Assembly (NCBI RefSeq): GCF_020745735.1
Contig: NC_083431.1
Coordinates: forward strand, 31,958,496 to 32,022,495
DNA: 64,000 nt
Reading direction: 5' to 3'
DNA from: Hemiscyllium ocellatum
Lineage: Eukaryota
Below, one piece after another: positions 63,718 to 64,000 of the stretch (its first letter is position 1; every line of letters begins with the position of its first letter). The notes below the pieces were generated by a model, which worked only from the letters and a program-made list of their open reading frames with translations, was not told the origin of the DNA and made no database searches. The position numbers were made by a program, and so were the translations under genes.

Positions 63718-63927
63718 AGGCAAAAGTGAGGACTGCAGATGCTGGAAACCAGAGTTTAGATCAGAGTGGTGCTGGCAAAGCACAGCAGGTCAGGCAGCAT
63801 CCGGGGAGCAGGAAAATTGACGTTTTGGGCAAAAGCCTGATGAAGGGATTTTGCCTGAAACGTCGATTTTCCTGCTCCTCGGATGCTGCCTGACCTGCTG
63901 TGCTTTGCCAGCACCACTCTGATCTAA
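63718..63927. mobile_element. PLE-derived fold-back element, family A, hammerhead core intact
   Basis: Inverted arms of ~80 bp; CTGATGA at 63837-63843 and GAAACGTC at 63857-63864; TSD aaactgcagacatt (63704-63717) / aaactgcagatatt (63928-63941). Confidence 0.9.
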
Positions 63928-64000
63928 AAACTGCAGATATTGTCTTGCTGTTTGGACACCATAGAATTGTGTGGTTGTGCAGTGCTTTATTTGAGGGTCA

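Noticed and set aside
1-64000. CRISPR arrays, operons or other prokaryotic systems
   Set aside because: The sequence is eukaryotic and repeat-rich; no regularly spaced repeat-spacer array was seen

Overview
AT-rich vertebrate genomic DNA, almost certainly from a shark or other elasmobranch, judged from several young HE1-type V-SINEs and typical shark CR1/L2 and Penelope-like repeats. I could not identify any host protein-coding exon with confidence, so the window reads as intronic or intergenic. It is a mosaic of retroelements: HE1 and other tRNA-derived SINEs, CR1/L2 fragments, two probable solo LTRs, a decayed Gypsy-like relic and a Harbinger Myb-domain relic. Two systems stand out. (1) A complete ~1.65 kb L1-derived element (30764-32417, minus) has an intact 5' end, an intact 278-aa ORF1p, a polyA tail, a TSD and an L1-type target site, but no ORF2. 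This is a 'half-L1' (HAL1)-like architecture in a cartilaginous fish. (2) At least three Penelope-like element (PLE) families carry minimal hammerhead-ribozyme motifs at their 3' termini. They occur as RT/GIY-YIG relics and as five ~175-210 bp fold-back inserts flanked by 13-21 bp target duplications, with consistent arm asymmetry and junction microhomology. All repeat family names come from my recognition of motifs, not from database searches.
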